DNA of 63,500 bases, filler included, from Anaerolineae bacterium (GTDB lineage: Bacteria > Chloroflexota > Anaerolineae > Epilineales > Epilineaceae): assembly GCA_029262755.1 (NCBI GenBank). It is 6 parts of 6 records of this genome, joined end to end, with 100 filler letters (N's around TTAATTAATTAA, not from the genome) between each part and the next. Parts side by side here need not be neighbours in the genome. Positions count along the whole stretch, not along the records: positions 1 to 10,507 come from JAJCYU010000356.1; positions 10,608 to 19,521 come from JAJCYU010000357.1; positions 19,622 to 25,142 come from JAJCYU010000358.1; 3 more parts are not named here. The stretch is one strand, 5' to 3'. Below the pieces are notes generated by a model, which worked only from the letters and a program-made list of their open reading frames with translations, was not told where the DNA came from and did no database searches. The position numbers were made by a program, and so were the translations under genes. Below are positions 9,423-20,283 of this stretch, one piece after another (the stretch's first letter is position 1; each line of letters opens with the position of its first letter).

Positions 9423-9833
9423 CTACCTCTCCACGTACCGGCCGAAGCTGTCGAGGATCGCCTGCCAGCCCTCGCGTTGCATCTCGGGGTCGTTTTCCGT
9501 TTCGGCGTCGAAGGTCTCGCGGACCGTCACAGCGTTGCCGTCCGCGGCCGGCTCGAAGTCCACGCGCACCTCGCGGCCGTCCTCGAGCTCGAACACGATG
9601 AGCTCGCCGTCCACGATCTCGGTGTAGGTGCCGTCGAAGTCGAAGCCGAAGCTGCCATCCTTGGCCTCCATGCGCGCGGTCTGCCGGCCGCCTACGCGCA
9701 GGTCGACCGTGGCGGCGGTGGTGTGCCAGTCATCGGACGGGGCGTTCCAACGGATGATGTCGGCGGGCGTCGTCCACGCCGACCAAACGGCGTCCGATGG
9801 GGCGTGGACCGTGGTCTCGACAACGATCTTCAT
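9423..9833 (-). CDS. SRPBCC/AHSA1 family protein
   Basis: VWSAWTTPADIIRWN, DLRVGG, MEAKDGSFGFDF, MQREGWQAILDSF; SD AAGGAGG. Confidence 0.92.
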   Translation of the reverse strand: MKIVVETTVHAPSDAVWSAWTTPADIIRWNAPSDDWHTTAATVDLRVGGRQTARMEAKDGSFGFDFDGTYTEIVDGELIVFELEDGREVRVDFEPAADGNAVTVRETFDAETENDPEMQREGWQAILDSFGRYVER

Positions 9834-9944
9834 GAGCAGCGACCTCCTTGGCCGGCGGCCATGGCATGGGGACCCGATGCGCGCTACGTGCGCGCTCGCC
9901 CACAAATATTCCACCACAAATGCGTCGAGCAAACGCGTCAGCCG

Positions 9945-10507
9945 CTACCCCACCGTGTCGCTCGACTCCTTCGTCGCCGTCCTACCCTCACCGTTGCCAA
10001 CGCCCGCGCCTTCGCCCTCGCCCTGCTCCATCCGGCGGTCAAAGAAACGTTGCGTCGGGTAGGCGAGCTCGACCGAGGGGTGTTCCTCGAAGTGGGCGAG
10101 GAGATCGCGCCAGATGGCGTCCTCGATGACGCGGCGGCCGCGGGCGCCCACCAGGCAGCGCAGCGTCATCTGGACGCCGTGGTCGACCGCGGTCGTATAG
10201 ACGATGGGGGTAAGGGTGCCGTAGTCGACCATGAGGCGGGAGGAGGCGCGTAGGGCGCGCTCGGCCTGGTCGACGATGGCGCCCGTGTGTTTCGTGCCGA
10301 GTTCCAACAGCAGCTCGCGCATCTCGCGCCAGCGGCTCTCGAAGGTCACGACTACGGGGATCTCCAGCCAGAGGTACGCGAACTCCTGAGTGTAGTTGAT
10401 CACCGGCTCCAGGAACACGACCGCGTTGGGCATGCTGATGACCCGGCCCGTGCTCTGATCCGATAACACCCAGTTGCCCAGCTCCAACATCTTGAACGAG
10501 AAGGCGT
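9945..10507 (-). CDS. MscS-family mechanosensitive channel, C-terminal part (5' end cut by contig edge)
   Basis: QSTGRVISMPNAVVF, NYT..YLWLEI, ELAYPTQ motifs. Confidence 0.85.
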
Positions 10508-10607
10508 NNNNNNNNNNNNNNNNNNNNNNNNNNNNNNNNNNNNNNNNNNNNTTAATTAATTAANNNNNNNNNNNNNNNNNNNNNNNNNNNNNNNNNNNNN
10601 NNNNNNN
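10508..10607. other. Artificial contig linker
   Basis: N run + TTAATTAATTAA (stops in all frames) + N run. Confidence 0.98.
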
Positions 10608-10704
10608 GGCCGGCGATCTGCGCGGCCAAGGCCTACAGGGCGTTGCGGTGCCGGAGCGGGGGCAGATCTTCGAGTTGTAGCTTGCTCTGTGCCGAAGCGC
10701 TCGC

Positions 10705-11088
10705 CTAAAAGATCGCCTGTGCGCCGATCATGATCACGCCGGACACGATGATGTAGCCCACGTCGACCATGAGCGCGTAGTTGTTCTTGCCCGAGAACGA
10801 GCCCATCGAGTAGGCGAAGACCGCCACGGCGAGGATCGCGAGGATGGCCGTCTCTATGGCGCCCGAAGTCTCCGTGACGCCGACGACCATGGCCAACAGG
10901 AACAGCGCGAGCACCTGAGAGGCCATGGCGCCCATGGGCATCGAGTCCGCGGTCCCCATCTCGACGCCGGAGCCCTCGGCCCACTTCGGACCGAACAACT
11001 TCGGGCCATACCACAGCCAGCCGGCCAGGAACGCAACGACCGTTCCGGTGATCACGGCGATCCAGTTGATCCCTTCAAGAAATTCCAC
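10705..11088 (-). CDS. DUF1761-like membrane protein
   Basis: INWIAVITGTVVAFLAGWLWYGPKLFGPKW signature; about 4 TM helices; SD GAGGAGG with GTG start. Confidence 0.85.
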   Translation of the reverse strand: MEFLEGINWIAVITGTVVAFLAGWLWYGPKLFGPKWAEGSGVEMGTADSMPMGAMASQVLALFLLAMVVGVTETSGAIETAILAILAVAVFAYSMGSFSGKNNYALMVDVGYIIVSGVIMIGAQAIF

Positions 11089-11165
11089 GTTGACTGCCTC
11101 CTCGTACGTTCTCGTCCGATGCGCGGACGGCGCACGGTAGGAGTACCGCAAAGAGAGGCGAAAGG

Positions 11166-11207
11166 GTAGCCGGCCAGCCACGAACAGTAGCCGGCCAGCC
11201 GCGAACA
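11166..11207. repeat. 21-bp tandem duplication (intergenic)
   Basis: GTAGCCGGCCAGCCACGAACA / GTAGCCGGCCAGCCGCGAACA. Confidence 0.85.
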
Positions 11208-11309
11208 ACGGGAAGGGTCAACGCCCCGTGCGAGCGGTTGCCGCCGGTTTCATACGGAATCTCGACGCGATAGCCCGGGCGCGTCCCTTTGGTTGGGCGC
11301 GTCCGCCGC

Positions 11310-12725
11310 TCAGTCGGCGAGGTCGCTCACGTCTTCCATCGCCATCTCGAGGACGCCGAAGCTCTCCGGCGAGCGGGCGATGGGGACAGGCGTCACGTGC
11401 TCCGCGACCAGGCCGCGGGTGTCGGCAACATTCAAGCGCTCGAAGAGGAAGCCGAACTGGCGCTCCCACGCATCGCGGATCGTGGCGCGGACCGCGTCGT
11501 CCATGCCCCAGAGACGTTCCTTGAACGGACCCAACGCGCGCTTGCGGTTACTGTAGAGGAATTGGTCCTCGGTCTCGTCGGCCTTCCAATGCTGGCGCTG
11601 CTCCGCGCGGAGCCAGTCGAAGATCTCTTCGCACAGTGCTTCGGGCAGCCGGTCGAACATCATGTTCTGGAAGTTCGTCGCGAGGTGCACCTCGCAGGCA
11701 TCCGCCTCCGCGAATTTGCCGAAGGCTTCCTCCGGCAATGTGCTCGCGCCGTGCTGCCCGGCGCCGGCCATGCCGTAGTCCGCTTGGGCGATCGCGGACA
11801 GGCTCGCCAGCGTGTCGAAGTCCACGCTTACGTCGGCCAACGTGCCGTCCTCCAGCACGATGCCGCCATGCGCGGTGCCGGTCTGGATGCTGATCTTGGA
11901 AAGGCCCGTAAGGCCGTCGTCCAGATGGCGACCCAGCTCGCCCATGAAGGCGTGCAGTTCTTCCGGCGTAGAGTTCTTGCCCCCGACCTCGCCGATCTCG
12001 CCGCCCACGGAGACGGTTACGCCCGCGGGCTCGAGCTGGCGGATATACGCGGTCAACTCCGCGCAGAGCGAAGCGTTCAGCCGCTGCTGCTCGTCCAGGG
12101 TCGGCAGATCGAGATCGACCAAGGTGCTCGTGTCGACATCGATGTTGTAGAAACCGGAGGCGATTGCCTCCTCCAACAACTCGCGCACGGCGCCCATCTC
12201 CGTGTCGGGATCTTCGTGATAGCGCGAGGCGCTGATCTGGAAGTGGTCACCCTGAACGAAGAGCGGCCCGCGGTAGCCCTCGTGGATGGCCGCTGCCATC
12301 AGGCTGGCGATGTACTCCCCTGGGCGCTGGCCGGTGTAGCCGATCTCGGAGCGCGCGATCTCGAAGATCATCGCCCCGACGTCGCGCGCCTGCGCCGCGC
12401 GGAAGACCGCCCGTCCGAAGTCGAAAGCCAGGGCGCGCACGTTGATGGCGGGCACGGTGAAGCGCGACGGCGTCTCGCCTCGACCGCGGGCTTCGTACAG
12501 GCCCTGGATCGATGCCGGCACGATGCCGAGCGTGCGCGACGTCTCCCAGAGCAGCCAGCGCGCGGCCGCTTGCCGCTCTGGCTCGCCGAAGGCCGATGCG
12601 CGGGCCAACGTGCCCACGTTCGCGCGCAGCACGGCCTCGTCGGCGACCTCGACGTCGCCCGCCGCGCCGAGGCGCAGAGCGCCGTGCATCTCGTCGATGA
12701 GGGTAAGGACGGGGACCGTGTTCAT
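11310..12725 (-). CDS. Class II fructose-bisphosphate aldolase family protein
   Basis: FTVPAINVR, FEIARSEIGYT, QGDHFQ, GGEIGEVGG, QTGTAHGG, QHGASTL motifs. Confidence 0.92.
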   Translation of the reverse strand: MNTVPVLTLIDEMHGALRLGAAGDVEVADEAVLRANVGTLARASAFGEPERQAAARWLLWETSRTLGIVPASIQGLYEARGRGETPSRFTVPAINVRALAFDFGRAVFRAAQARDVGAMIFEIARSEIGYTGQRPGEYIASLMAAAIHEGYRGPLFVQGDHFQISASRYHEDPDTEMGAVRELLEEAIASGFYNIDVDTSTLVDLDLPTLDEQQRLNASLCAELTAYIRQLEPAGVTVSVGGEIGEVGGKNSTPEELHAFMGELGRHLDDGLTGLSKISIQTGTAHGGIVLEDGTLADVSVDFDTLASLSAIAQADYGMAGAGQHGASTLPEEAFGKFAEADACEVHLATNFQNMMFDRLPEALCEEIFDWLRAEQRQHWKADETEDQFLYSNRKRALGPFKERLWGMDDAVRATIRDAWERQFGFLFERLNVADTRGLVAEHVTPVPIARSPESFGVLEMAMEDVSDLAD

Positions 12726-12939
12726 GCTCGTGCTCCTGGGATCGGGCCGGCGAAGGAGGCGGGGCGCAGACAAACGCACGCGCAGACACCGCGTCGGAAC
12801 GGCTGGATGTGTTCGGTGCGGGACGGCAGATTGTAGTGCCACGCCCGGACGACCACAACGAAACCGGACCGGTTCGGGACCGGCGCGCTCGCGCGAGCCT
12901 TTAGAATATGCAGACCGAGACCAACGTCGGAGGCACACG

Positions 12940-13419
12940 ATGAGCGACGATCGGCCGAAGGCACCCGTTCCGCGCAGCGCCGGAGCCGGCCCACCGCGCA
13001 AGCTCGACGACTGGTGGCGCAAGGCGGAATCAGCCATCCAAGAGGCCATGGACGAGGGCCTCTTCGACAACCTGCCCGGCCGCGGCAAGCCCCTCGTCTG
13101 GGACACGGCCCACGACGACGAGCACTGGCTGGCCAACCATTTGCTCAAGAACGCCGGCTACGTGCCGGCGTGGATCGAGGACGCGAAGTGGATCGCGCAG
13201 GAGCGGGAGGCGTTGAAGGAGGCCATTGCGCGCCTCGCACGCGATCCGGCGCCGTCGGTCCGGCGTACGGAGGCCCTACGCGTGCGGGCATCGGCGCTGA
13301 ACCGGCGCATCGACTCCTTCAACCTCAGCGTGCCGATCGACCGGCTTCAGGTGCCGCGGCTGCGATTCACGCTAAGGCCGGACGAAGAGGCGGGTCAAGA
13401 GGCGACCGACACGGGGTAG
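12940..13419 (+). CDS. DUF1992 / DnaJ-related domain protein
   Basis: IQEAMDEGLFDNLPGRGKPL and LLKNAGYVPAWI; SD GGAGG. Confidence 0.88.
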   Translation: MSDDRPKAPVPRSAGAGPPRKLDDWWRKAESAIQEAMDEGLFDNLPGRGKPLVWDTAHDDEHWLANHLLKNAGYVPAWIEDAKWIAQEREALKEAIARLARDPAPSVRRTEALRVRASALNRRIDSFNLSVPIDRLQVPRLRFTLRPDEEAGQEATDTG

Positions 13420-13435
13420 CGAACGCACGGGGTAG

Positions 13436-13507
13436 GCGCGGGCATGGGGTGCGAAGCGGAGTGTGGTGCGGGACGCGCCCGTCCCGCACCAGACCCCATG
13501 ACCGCGC
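13436..13507. terminator. Long hairpin between convergent genes
   Basis: Perfect 12-bp core TGGTGCGGGACG-cgcc-CGTCCCGCACCA (13464-13491), extended by CATGGGGT/ACCCCATG. Confidence 0.6.
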
Positions 13508-13547
13508 ACACTAGCCCTGGTGGTGCAGCGCAGAAGCACTAGTCACG

Positions 13548-16500
13548 CTAACCGCCCTGCCCCTCGCAGGCCAGCCTCGCGCTGATCTCCGCGTAGATCG
13601 TGGCCAGATCGGCCGCCGTGGGCGCCGCGTAGTAGCGGTCCTCGCCCGTGGCGAGCGTGCGGAGCAGGTTTACATCGATTTGGTCGCCCAGGCCGATGGT
13701 GTAGATCAGGAGCTCGTCGAGGCGTTCGAGCCGTAGCATCTCGTCGAGCACCGGTTGGTTACCGGCCGGGTTCTGCAGACCGTCCGTCAGCAGCACGACC
13801 ACGGGGAGGGCGCGCGTTCGACGCGCGAGCAACGCTTCGCGCGCCGTCCGCAGCCCGAGGTCGATGCGCGTTCCTTGGCGCTGGATGTTCGGCGCTAGGC
13901 GCGCAAGCCCGCCGACCACCGCGGCGCGATCGCCCGTGAGTGGGGTGACGAGGCGAGCGTCGTTGTAGAACTCGACGACCGCGACGTGATCGTCCGCATC
14001 GCTCAGGCGAATCGTGTCGGCCAACAGCGTCGCGGCCGCGCGAGCGGCTTCGATCTTGGTGCCTGGGGCGCCCGCGGCGGCTGGTTGGAGCATCGAGCTC
14101 GACGCGTCCATGACCAGGACGATATCGGCCGCACGCGGCTTGAGGCAGATCCCCTTGCCCGCGAAGGGCAGATAGGCGCGGAAGTCCAGGGAGTAGACCT
14201 CGACCTCGGGGATGGGGAAGATCACCTGTCCGTTCTTCCCGAGAGCGTCGAGGTAGGGTCCGTGGGCCCAGACGTTCGTCGGCCACGTACCAACCTCAAG
14301 GGGACGGAGCGTGTAGGTCATCTCCAACGTGGTCGAGGCCGGCGTGACCCCGAAGACCCACGTGAGGGTGCGTTCGCTTCCGTCCCACGTCGCCGGAGGC
14401 ACCGCCGAACCCGGAATATATTCCATGTTGGTCGGCACCTTGTCGATGACGGTGATCGTTTCGAAGAGGCCGTCCTCCGGTTCGTAGCCGGTCAGGGCGC
14501 GCGTCAGCTGCGCGACGGTTCCTTCGCCGGGCGCGACGAGAACGCGCGCGGGATCGCCCGCGAGGCGCTCCATGTTGGCCTGATCATCCGGCCCAAACTC
14601 CGAGGTCGGGAAGACCAGGACGTGGACCTCGATGCCCGCCGCGTGGATCTCGTCGATGACGTCCGGCGGGAAGGGTTGGTCGTAGAAGACGCCATCGGTG
14701 AGCACCACGAGCAGGCGACGGGCCTGCGGGTCGGCGCGCTCTCCGATCAGTTCCAAGTGCGCGGCCTCGAGGGCGCCCGAGACACGCGTGTCGCCGTTCG
14801 CGCCCTGGCGCGCGATAGACGCGCGCAGGTCGGCCAGATCGTTGGTCAGCAGCTGCGCCAGCGTAGGTCCGGCATTGAAGGTCACAAGGCCGGCTTCGGC
14901 ATGCGCAGGGTCGAGGCCGTCGATCATGGCCAGCGCAGCCGTCTTGGCCTGGTCGATAGATCCGCTGAAGCCCATCGAAAGCGAGGTGTCGAGCAGGAAG
15001 AGCAGCTGAGCGTCGTCATAGCGGCCGGGACACCAACCGTCCACGGTCAGCGAGACGTCGACCGTAGCGCCGAGTGGGATACGACGCGGTTCGTGCGCCC
15101 ATTTGTCCGGACGCGGCACGCAGCCTTGGGTGACGGGCGGCGGTGGAGCCGGGCGACCGGCACGCGCGAAGACCCAGATCCCGCCGTTGCGAATGATCTC
15201 CAGCTTCTGGCCGATCGTATCCGTGCGCAGCAGCGCGGTGCGCGCGAAGTTCACGTAGACGCGTCCGTCCTCACCGACCGCAATGTCGCGCACGAAGGCG
15301 TCTCGGTCCGGCAGAGCCCAACTCGCGCGCAGCTCGCCCTCAGGGCTGTAATGGAGCCCGTAGCCGCCCTCGCCGAGAACGAAAACGTCACCCGTTGGGC
15401 CGACCGCGACGGATTCCGGTCCGTCGTGGGTCGGCCACGAGTCGAGCACCGCGCCGTCCAGGCCGCGCGTGACGATGCGCCCGGTCGCACGGTCGGCGAT
15501 ATAGAGGCGGTCGCCGTCCAGCGCGACATCCACCGGCAGCGGCTCCTGATCGCCTACGGCCACCGGCCAACTCGTGACCCGTTCGCCTGCCGCGTTGACG
15601 ATCACGATGCTCTGGCCGCCGAGGTCCAGCACGGCGACCATGCCTTCGTCCGCATCGACCGCGCCGAGGAAGGAGAACTCGTCGGGATCTTCGATCACCT
15701 CGCCCGGCCAATAGGTCCAGGCGGGCCAATGATCGTCCGGGCGCTTCTGGAGCAGCTCCTGATCGATCGTGTAAATCGTGCCGCCGTCCGCCGCGATGTC
15801 TCGCGTGAGCCAGCGATCCGTGCCGAACCACAGATCTGTGTCCGGACATAGGCCAAGCTGCGACTCGAGCACGCCACCGTCGGGAGCGTGGTTGGGACCG
15901 GAGAGCGGCCAGCGCTGAACGGTCTGCGCCTCGGTCGTTGCGTTCGTGAGCAGATAGGACTGCGTAGGGCGTGTCCCGTCGATGCGCAACCGGCCGAGCA
16001 GGACGGCGAGATCGGCCGCTGCCGAAACGCGCAACGGATATGCTGGGCCTTCGAGTTCCGGTGCATCGAGCGCACCGACGAGGTTGACCTGCGCCGGACG
16101 GGCCTCGGGTTCGCCGACCTCGAGGAAGCCTTGGTAGTAGCAATGGTTCATGCCGGCCAGCAGCCGTCCGTCGGCGGGCACGTCCAGCGTAAAGGCGATG
16201 CGCCGCAAGAGTCCGGAGACAATGTGACCGGTCGGGCCGACGACAACGGGCGCATCTTCGACCGTAGACGGCGTAGCGCCAAGCCCGTCGACGATGGCGA
16301 AGATCTCGACGTTGCGCGACACGAACGGACCAGCCGGTCCCGCTGCGACGTCCTCGCCACCGTACCACGGTATCACCTCACGGTAGGCGTGATCAGGCTC
16401 CAGGATGATGATGCCGGGGATGGCTACGCGATTGGGGTCCGTGGCCTGTTGGAGTCCTGCAGGCACGTTCGAGCCCTCGACGAAAGCTTCGTGTTCCGTC

Positions 16501-17606
16501 GGGAAGCTCGTGCGCCCGGGCGGCGGCGGCGGAAGTAGCTCCGGCGTAGTCGCGATGGGGCCGAGGCCCAGGTTCGAATCGCTCTCGACTCTCATCCCGC
16601 CCTCTTTCGCGCGGTCGGGGTTTTCGAACGAAGGTGGCTCGGGGGGACCGCCAGGGCCGCCCTGACCCGTGCAGGGCGGCGGGACCGTGTTCAGGATGAA
16701 GACCCGTCCATCCGGCGCAACGTCGAGGCCGTTGGGGATGAGCATAGGCGGCGGCGTCAGGCTCTCGAGCAATGTGCCCTCCGGCGTGAACACGTCGACT
16801 GCGTAGATCGGGTTCGCGCCGGGGCCGATCGAGATCGGTGGATCGTCCGGCTCCACGCACCACGGCTCGATACCCTTGCGCAACAGATACACGCGGCCGT
16901 CGGTCCGGACGGCGATATCGACATAGCGCCGCCAGTTGGGCAGCTCGTCCGCGTGGCCGGTCAGGGTCACGTCGAAGCCGCCACTACGGCGCCCGTCTTC
17001 TTCCAGCTGGTCGACCCGGAAGTGTGTGATGAGGTTGTCGTCCACCCACTCCATGCCCCCGGCGCTGAGCAGATGCACGTTGCCGTCCGGGCCGGCGTCC
17101 AGGCGCTGCGCATGGTTGGGCCCAACCGCGGCTTCCTGCCCAGGAATGGCGAAGATGCGGCGCGGGCTACCATCCGCGTTCAGCACGTGGATGGCAGGCG
17201 GCCGGCCAGCCGTTGGGGAGTTTGGCATCCGGTTGTCCAGGATGAACACATGCCCTTCCGGCGCCGAGCTGATGTCGCCGGTCCACCCGTAGCGACCCGC
17301 CGTGAGCGCCCACTCCTTGTCCTTCCACGTGTCGACCAACTCATAGGTGCGGCCGCCCTCGTCGCCCTGCAACGGCGCGAACGCTTCGGCGGGCACGGGT
17401 GGATGCCCGGCCTGGAGGCGCGCGGATGCAGCGGTACCCGCGAATGCCGGCGTGACTCCGGCCGCAGCGGCGGCGATGGGCGCGAAGAACAGGAGGCAGC
17501 CGAAGGCGAGGATGCGGGAGGGCCCTCTGCGCAGTTTGGGTAACCGGCGACGCATCGTGCGGGTGAATGCGGCGAAGACGGGGATGGATCGGTCGCTGCG
17601 GCTCAT
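13548..17606 (-). CDS. Secreted NHL/beta-propeller protein with two vWA domains
   Basis: Signal peptide; propeller repeats (LYIADRATGRI, PESVAVGPTGDVFV); vWA MIDAS motifs DTSLS and DASSS with LTDG; DUF11-like IDKVPTNMEY segment; AYLPF motif. Confidence 0.9.
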   Translation of the reverse strand: MSRSDRSIPVFAAFTRTMRRRLPKLRRGPSRILAFGCLLFFAPIAAAAAGVTPAFAGTAASARLQAGHPPVPAEAFAPLQGDEGGRTYELVDTWKDKEWALTAGRYGWTGDISSAPEGHVFILDNRMPNSPTAGRPPAIHVLNADGSPRRIFAIPGQEAAVGPNHAQRLDAGPDGNVHLLSAGGMEWVDDNLITHFRVDQLEEDGRRSGGFDVTLTGHADELPNWRRYVDIAVRTDGRVYLLRKGIEPWCVEPDDPPISIGPGANPIYAVDVFTPEGTLLESLTPPPMLIPNGLDVAPDGRVFILNTVPPPCTGQGGPGGPPEPPSFENPDRAKEGGMRVESDSNLGLGPIATTPELLPPPPPGRTSFPTEHEAFVEGSNVPAGLQQATDPNRVAIPGIIILEPDHAYREVIPWYGGEDVAAGPAGPFVSRNVEIFAIVDGLGATPSTVEDAPVVVGPTGHIVSGLLRRIAFTLDVPADGRLLAGMNHCYYQGFLEVGEPEARPAQVNLVGALDAPELEGPAYPLRVSAAADLAVLLGRLRIDGTRPTQSYLLTNATTEAQTVQRWPLSGPNHAPDGGVLESQLGLCPDTDLWFGTDRWLTRDIAADGGTIYTIDQELLQKRPDDHWPAWTYWPGEVIEDPDEFSFLGAVDADEGMVAVLDLGGQSIVIVNAAGERVTSWPVAVGDQEPLPVDVALDGDRLYIADRATGRIVTRGLDGAVLDSWPTHDGPESVAVGPTGDVFVLGEGGYGLHYSPEGELRASWALPDRDAFVRDIAVGEDGRVYVNFARTALLRTDTIGQKLEIIRNGGIWVFARAGRPAPPPPVTQGCVPRPDKWAHEPRRIPLGATVDVSLTVDGWCPGRYDDAQLLFLLDTSLSMGFSGSIDQAKTAALAMIDGLDPAHAEAGLVTFNAGPTLAQLLTNDLADLRASIARQGANGDTRVSGALEAAHLELIGERADPQARRLLVVLTDGVFYDQPFPPDVIDEIHAAGIEVHVLVFPTSEFGPDDQANMERLAGDPARVLVAPGEGTVAQLTRALTGYEPEDGLFETITVIDKVPTNMEYIPGSAVPPATWDGSERTLTWVFGVTPASTTLEMTYTLRPLEVGTWPTNVWAHGPYLDALGKNGQVIFPIPEVEVYSLDFRAYLPFAGKGICLKPRAADIVLVMDASSSMLQPAAAGAPGTKIEAARAAATLLADTIRLSDADDHVAVVEFYNDARLVTPLTGDRAAVVGGLARLAPNIQRQGTRIDLGLRTAREALLARRTRALPVVVLLTDGLQNPAGNQPVLDEMLRLERLDELLIYTIGLGDQIDVNLLRTLATGEDRYYAAPTAADLATIYAEISARLACEGQGG

Positions 17607-17924
17607 CGGGCACCTCGTCGCGTCGGGGTCGCCGGCAGTGGGGGCGCGAACGCAAGGGCCGCACCGGCGTCAACCATTCGTGGGTTGCTTGAAAAACGGT
17701 TTGCAGGACGGGTGCCGCCCCGCGCTAGACAGGACATCCGGACCCGGCCAAAGGGGACGGGACCGAACATGAGGATTCGCCGAATACATGGAGCATTAGC
17801 TGTCACCAGCCGTCTCGCAACCACCAGCGTACGCACAGTGCTTCCAGATAGAGGTCACGATGGACGTCACGATCCACACGGTTCGTGGCTTCTCTACGCA
17901 ACAGTCGGAGCGCACTCCCCTCGC

Positions 17925-19521
17925 CTACTGGCAGGTCAGGCGCTCCGAGATATCCGCGTAGATGCCCTCCAGCTCGTCGGTTGTCGGCGAGATGAAGAAG
18001 CGGTCCGGTGCGCCCGCGATCTCGTCGAGCAGGCCGGCGTCGATCGTCTCGCCCAGGCCGATGGCGTAGGCAAGCAGGCCCGGAACGTCGTCGCGCAGAG
18101 CTTCTAGCGCGCTGCGGACCGCGTCGGAGCCCGGCGGGTTCGTCTGTAGGCCGTCGGTGAGCAGGATGACCACCGGCAGCGCTTCGGGGCGACGGCCTTC
18201 GAGCGCAAACGCGGCGGTCTGCAGACCGAGGTCGATCCGGGTGCCCTGCCGGTCGAGGGAAGGAGCGAGTTGGTCGAGGCCGGCGAGCAGTTCGTCGCGA
18301 TCGCTGCTGAGTTTGGTCAACATCCGCGACTGGTCGTTGAACTCGACGACGGCCACGCGATCTCCACCGAGCGAGACGGCGCCGAGGAAGCCTGCTGCCG
18401 CCGCGCGCGCAGCCTCGATCTTCGTGCCGCCACCCGCGGCGGGCTCGAGCATGGAGCTCGAGGCGTCCATGACCAGCACGACGTCGGCCCGACGGGGCTT
18501 GGGGCAGGTGAAGCCGAAGGGCAAATAGACCGTGTGGTCCAAGGCGAAGACCTCGACCTCGGGGATCGGGAAGATCACCTCGCCCGCGTGACCGACCGCA
18601 TCCAGGTATGGGCCGCGGGCCCAGACGTTGGTCGGCCACGTGCCCACCTGCTGCGGGCGCAGGGTGTATGTCATGCTCAAGGTGCGTGACGCGGGGGTCA
18701 CGCCGAACTGCCAGGTGAGCGTGCGCTCGACGTCGTCCCACGCGGCGGGTGGTACGGCCGAGTCCACGATGTAGGTCATGTTGGCCGGCACCTTGTCGAC
18801 AACGGTAATCGTCTCGAAGAGGCCGTTCTCCGGTTTGAAGCCCGTCAGCACATCGACCAGCTGGGTCAGCGCACCGATCTCCGGCTGCACGTGAACTCGC
18901 GTCGGATCGCTGGTCAACACGCCGAGCGCGACCTCGTGATCGGGACGGAATTCCCACGACGGGTAGACGAGCGCTTGGAAGTCGATGCCCTCGTCCACAA
19001 TATCGAGCCGGACGGCGGGCGGGAACGTGTCCGGTGGGTCCTTGAAGACGCCGTCGGTGATCATCACGAGCACGCGCCTCGCGTCCGGGTTGGAGCGTTC
19101 GCCGGTAAGCTCCGCGAAGGCCGTGGCGAGCGCCCCGCCCATCTGCGTGTCACCATCCGCCTGCAACGATGCGACGGCCGTACGCAACGCGCCGAGGTCA
19201 CGCGTCAGCGGCTGACGCAAGGTGGGACCGAAGTCGAACGTGACCAGCCCGGCCTCCGTGTAGCTGGGGTCCAGGGAGTCGATCATGGACATCAACGCCG
19301 CTTTGCCCTGGCCGAGCGAGTCGCGCAGGAGCATGGAGCGGGAGGTGTCGAACAGGAAGATGATCTGGGACTCGTCGTGGGTTCCGGGACACCATCCATC
19401 CACGGTGAGGCTCACATCGACGGTCCGGCCGAGCGGGAATCGGCGCGGCTCGTGGGCCCACTTGTCCGGCCGCGGCACACAGGCGCGCGGCGGCGGTGGC
19501 GGGCCGAGAGGCCGGCCCGTG
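17925..19521 (-). CDS. Paralogous double-vWA protein (5' end cut by contig edge)
   Basis: Closely matches the C-terminal half of 13548..17606 (PRPDKWAHEPRR, DTSRS, DASSS, VYLPF). Confidence 0.9.
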
Positions 19522-19621
19522 NNNNNNNNNNNNNNNNNNNNNNNNNNNNNNNNNNNNNNNNNNNNTTAATTAATTAANNNNNNNNNNNNNNNNNNNNNNN
19601 NNNNNNNNNNNNNNNNNNNNN
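19522..19621. other. Artificial contig linker
   Basis: N-TTAATTAATTAA-N. Confidence 0.98.
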
Positions 19622-20080
19622 CTCGAAACGGCGGACGAGACGCAGCGCATCGTCGCGGTTGTTCTCGACGAGACCAACGGTCGATCGCTGTTGTCGGCCA
19701 CCGCGGCGGCGCCGGCTTCGGCCGCGGCGTTGCGGGTCGCGCTACCGCTCGTGCGGCGCAACCCCGTCCGTCTCAGGACCGGCATCCAGGTCATGAACGC
19801 CAGCACGGAGACGGCCACGGTGCGGATCGACTTCTCGGCCAGCGAGGAAGGCTCGGATAGCTCGACCCCGATCGTAGGCTGCGATGTGTGCGAGCAGATG
19901 ATCGAGCCCTTCGATTCCTTCACCTGGTGGCCCGGTTCGATCACGGCGATCCCGGAGGGCACCTTCGGCTCCGCAACCGTGGTGTCCGACCAGCCGGTGG
20001 TGGTGCTCGTGAACGACTACCCGCTCGCGGCACAGGCCGATCCGGCAACCTACCTCGGCATCCCGGTCCCGCCTCAATAG
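19622..20080 (+). CDS. C-terminal fragment of a beta-rich repeat protein
   Basis: Unit VALPLVRRN..TGIQVMN..FGSATVVSDQPVVVLVND resembles the units of 3406..5241. Confidence 0.7.
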   Translation, partial: LETADETQRIVAVVLDETNGRSLLSATAAAPASAAALRVALPLVRRNPVRLRTGIQVMNASTETATVRIDFSASEEGSDSSTPIVGCDVCEQMIEPFDSFTWWPGSITAIPEGTFGSATVVSDQPVVVLVNDYPLAAQADPATYLGIPVPPQ

Positions 20081-20101
20081 CGGCCTGGTTGGTACCACCG
20101 A

Positions 20102-20139
20102 AAGAAGAGGGGGCGCCCGATGGGGCGCCCCCTCTTCTT
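20102..20139. terminator. Probable bidirectional intrinsic terminator
   Basis: Perfect 17-bp IR AAGAAGAGGGGGCGCCC-gatg-GGGCGCCCCCTCTTCTT between convergent genes. Confidence 0.85.
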
Positions 20140-20283
20140 GTTGTCTGAGTACTTCTTGTTTTCTGACTACCTAGGGCTCAGCACGGTCATCGCATCTATT
20201 CCGTCCGATCCCGACTCTGCTCGTCGGAAGCTGGGACGCGGATACGAAGTCCGCTTGCCAAACGACGAATCTCAGTCCTTGTG

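Noticed and set aside
13548..19521. Similar sequence blocks between vWA paralogs as a possible DGR template/variable pair
   Set aside because: Differences are spread throughout, mostly at synonymous positions, and are not adenine-specific; no reverse transcriptase is present. Ordinary gene duplication.
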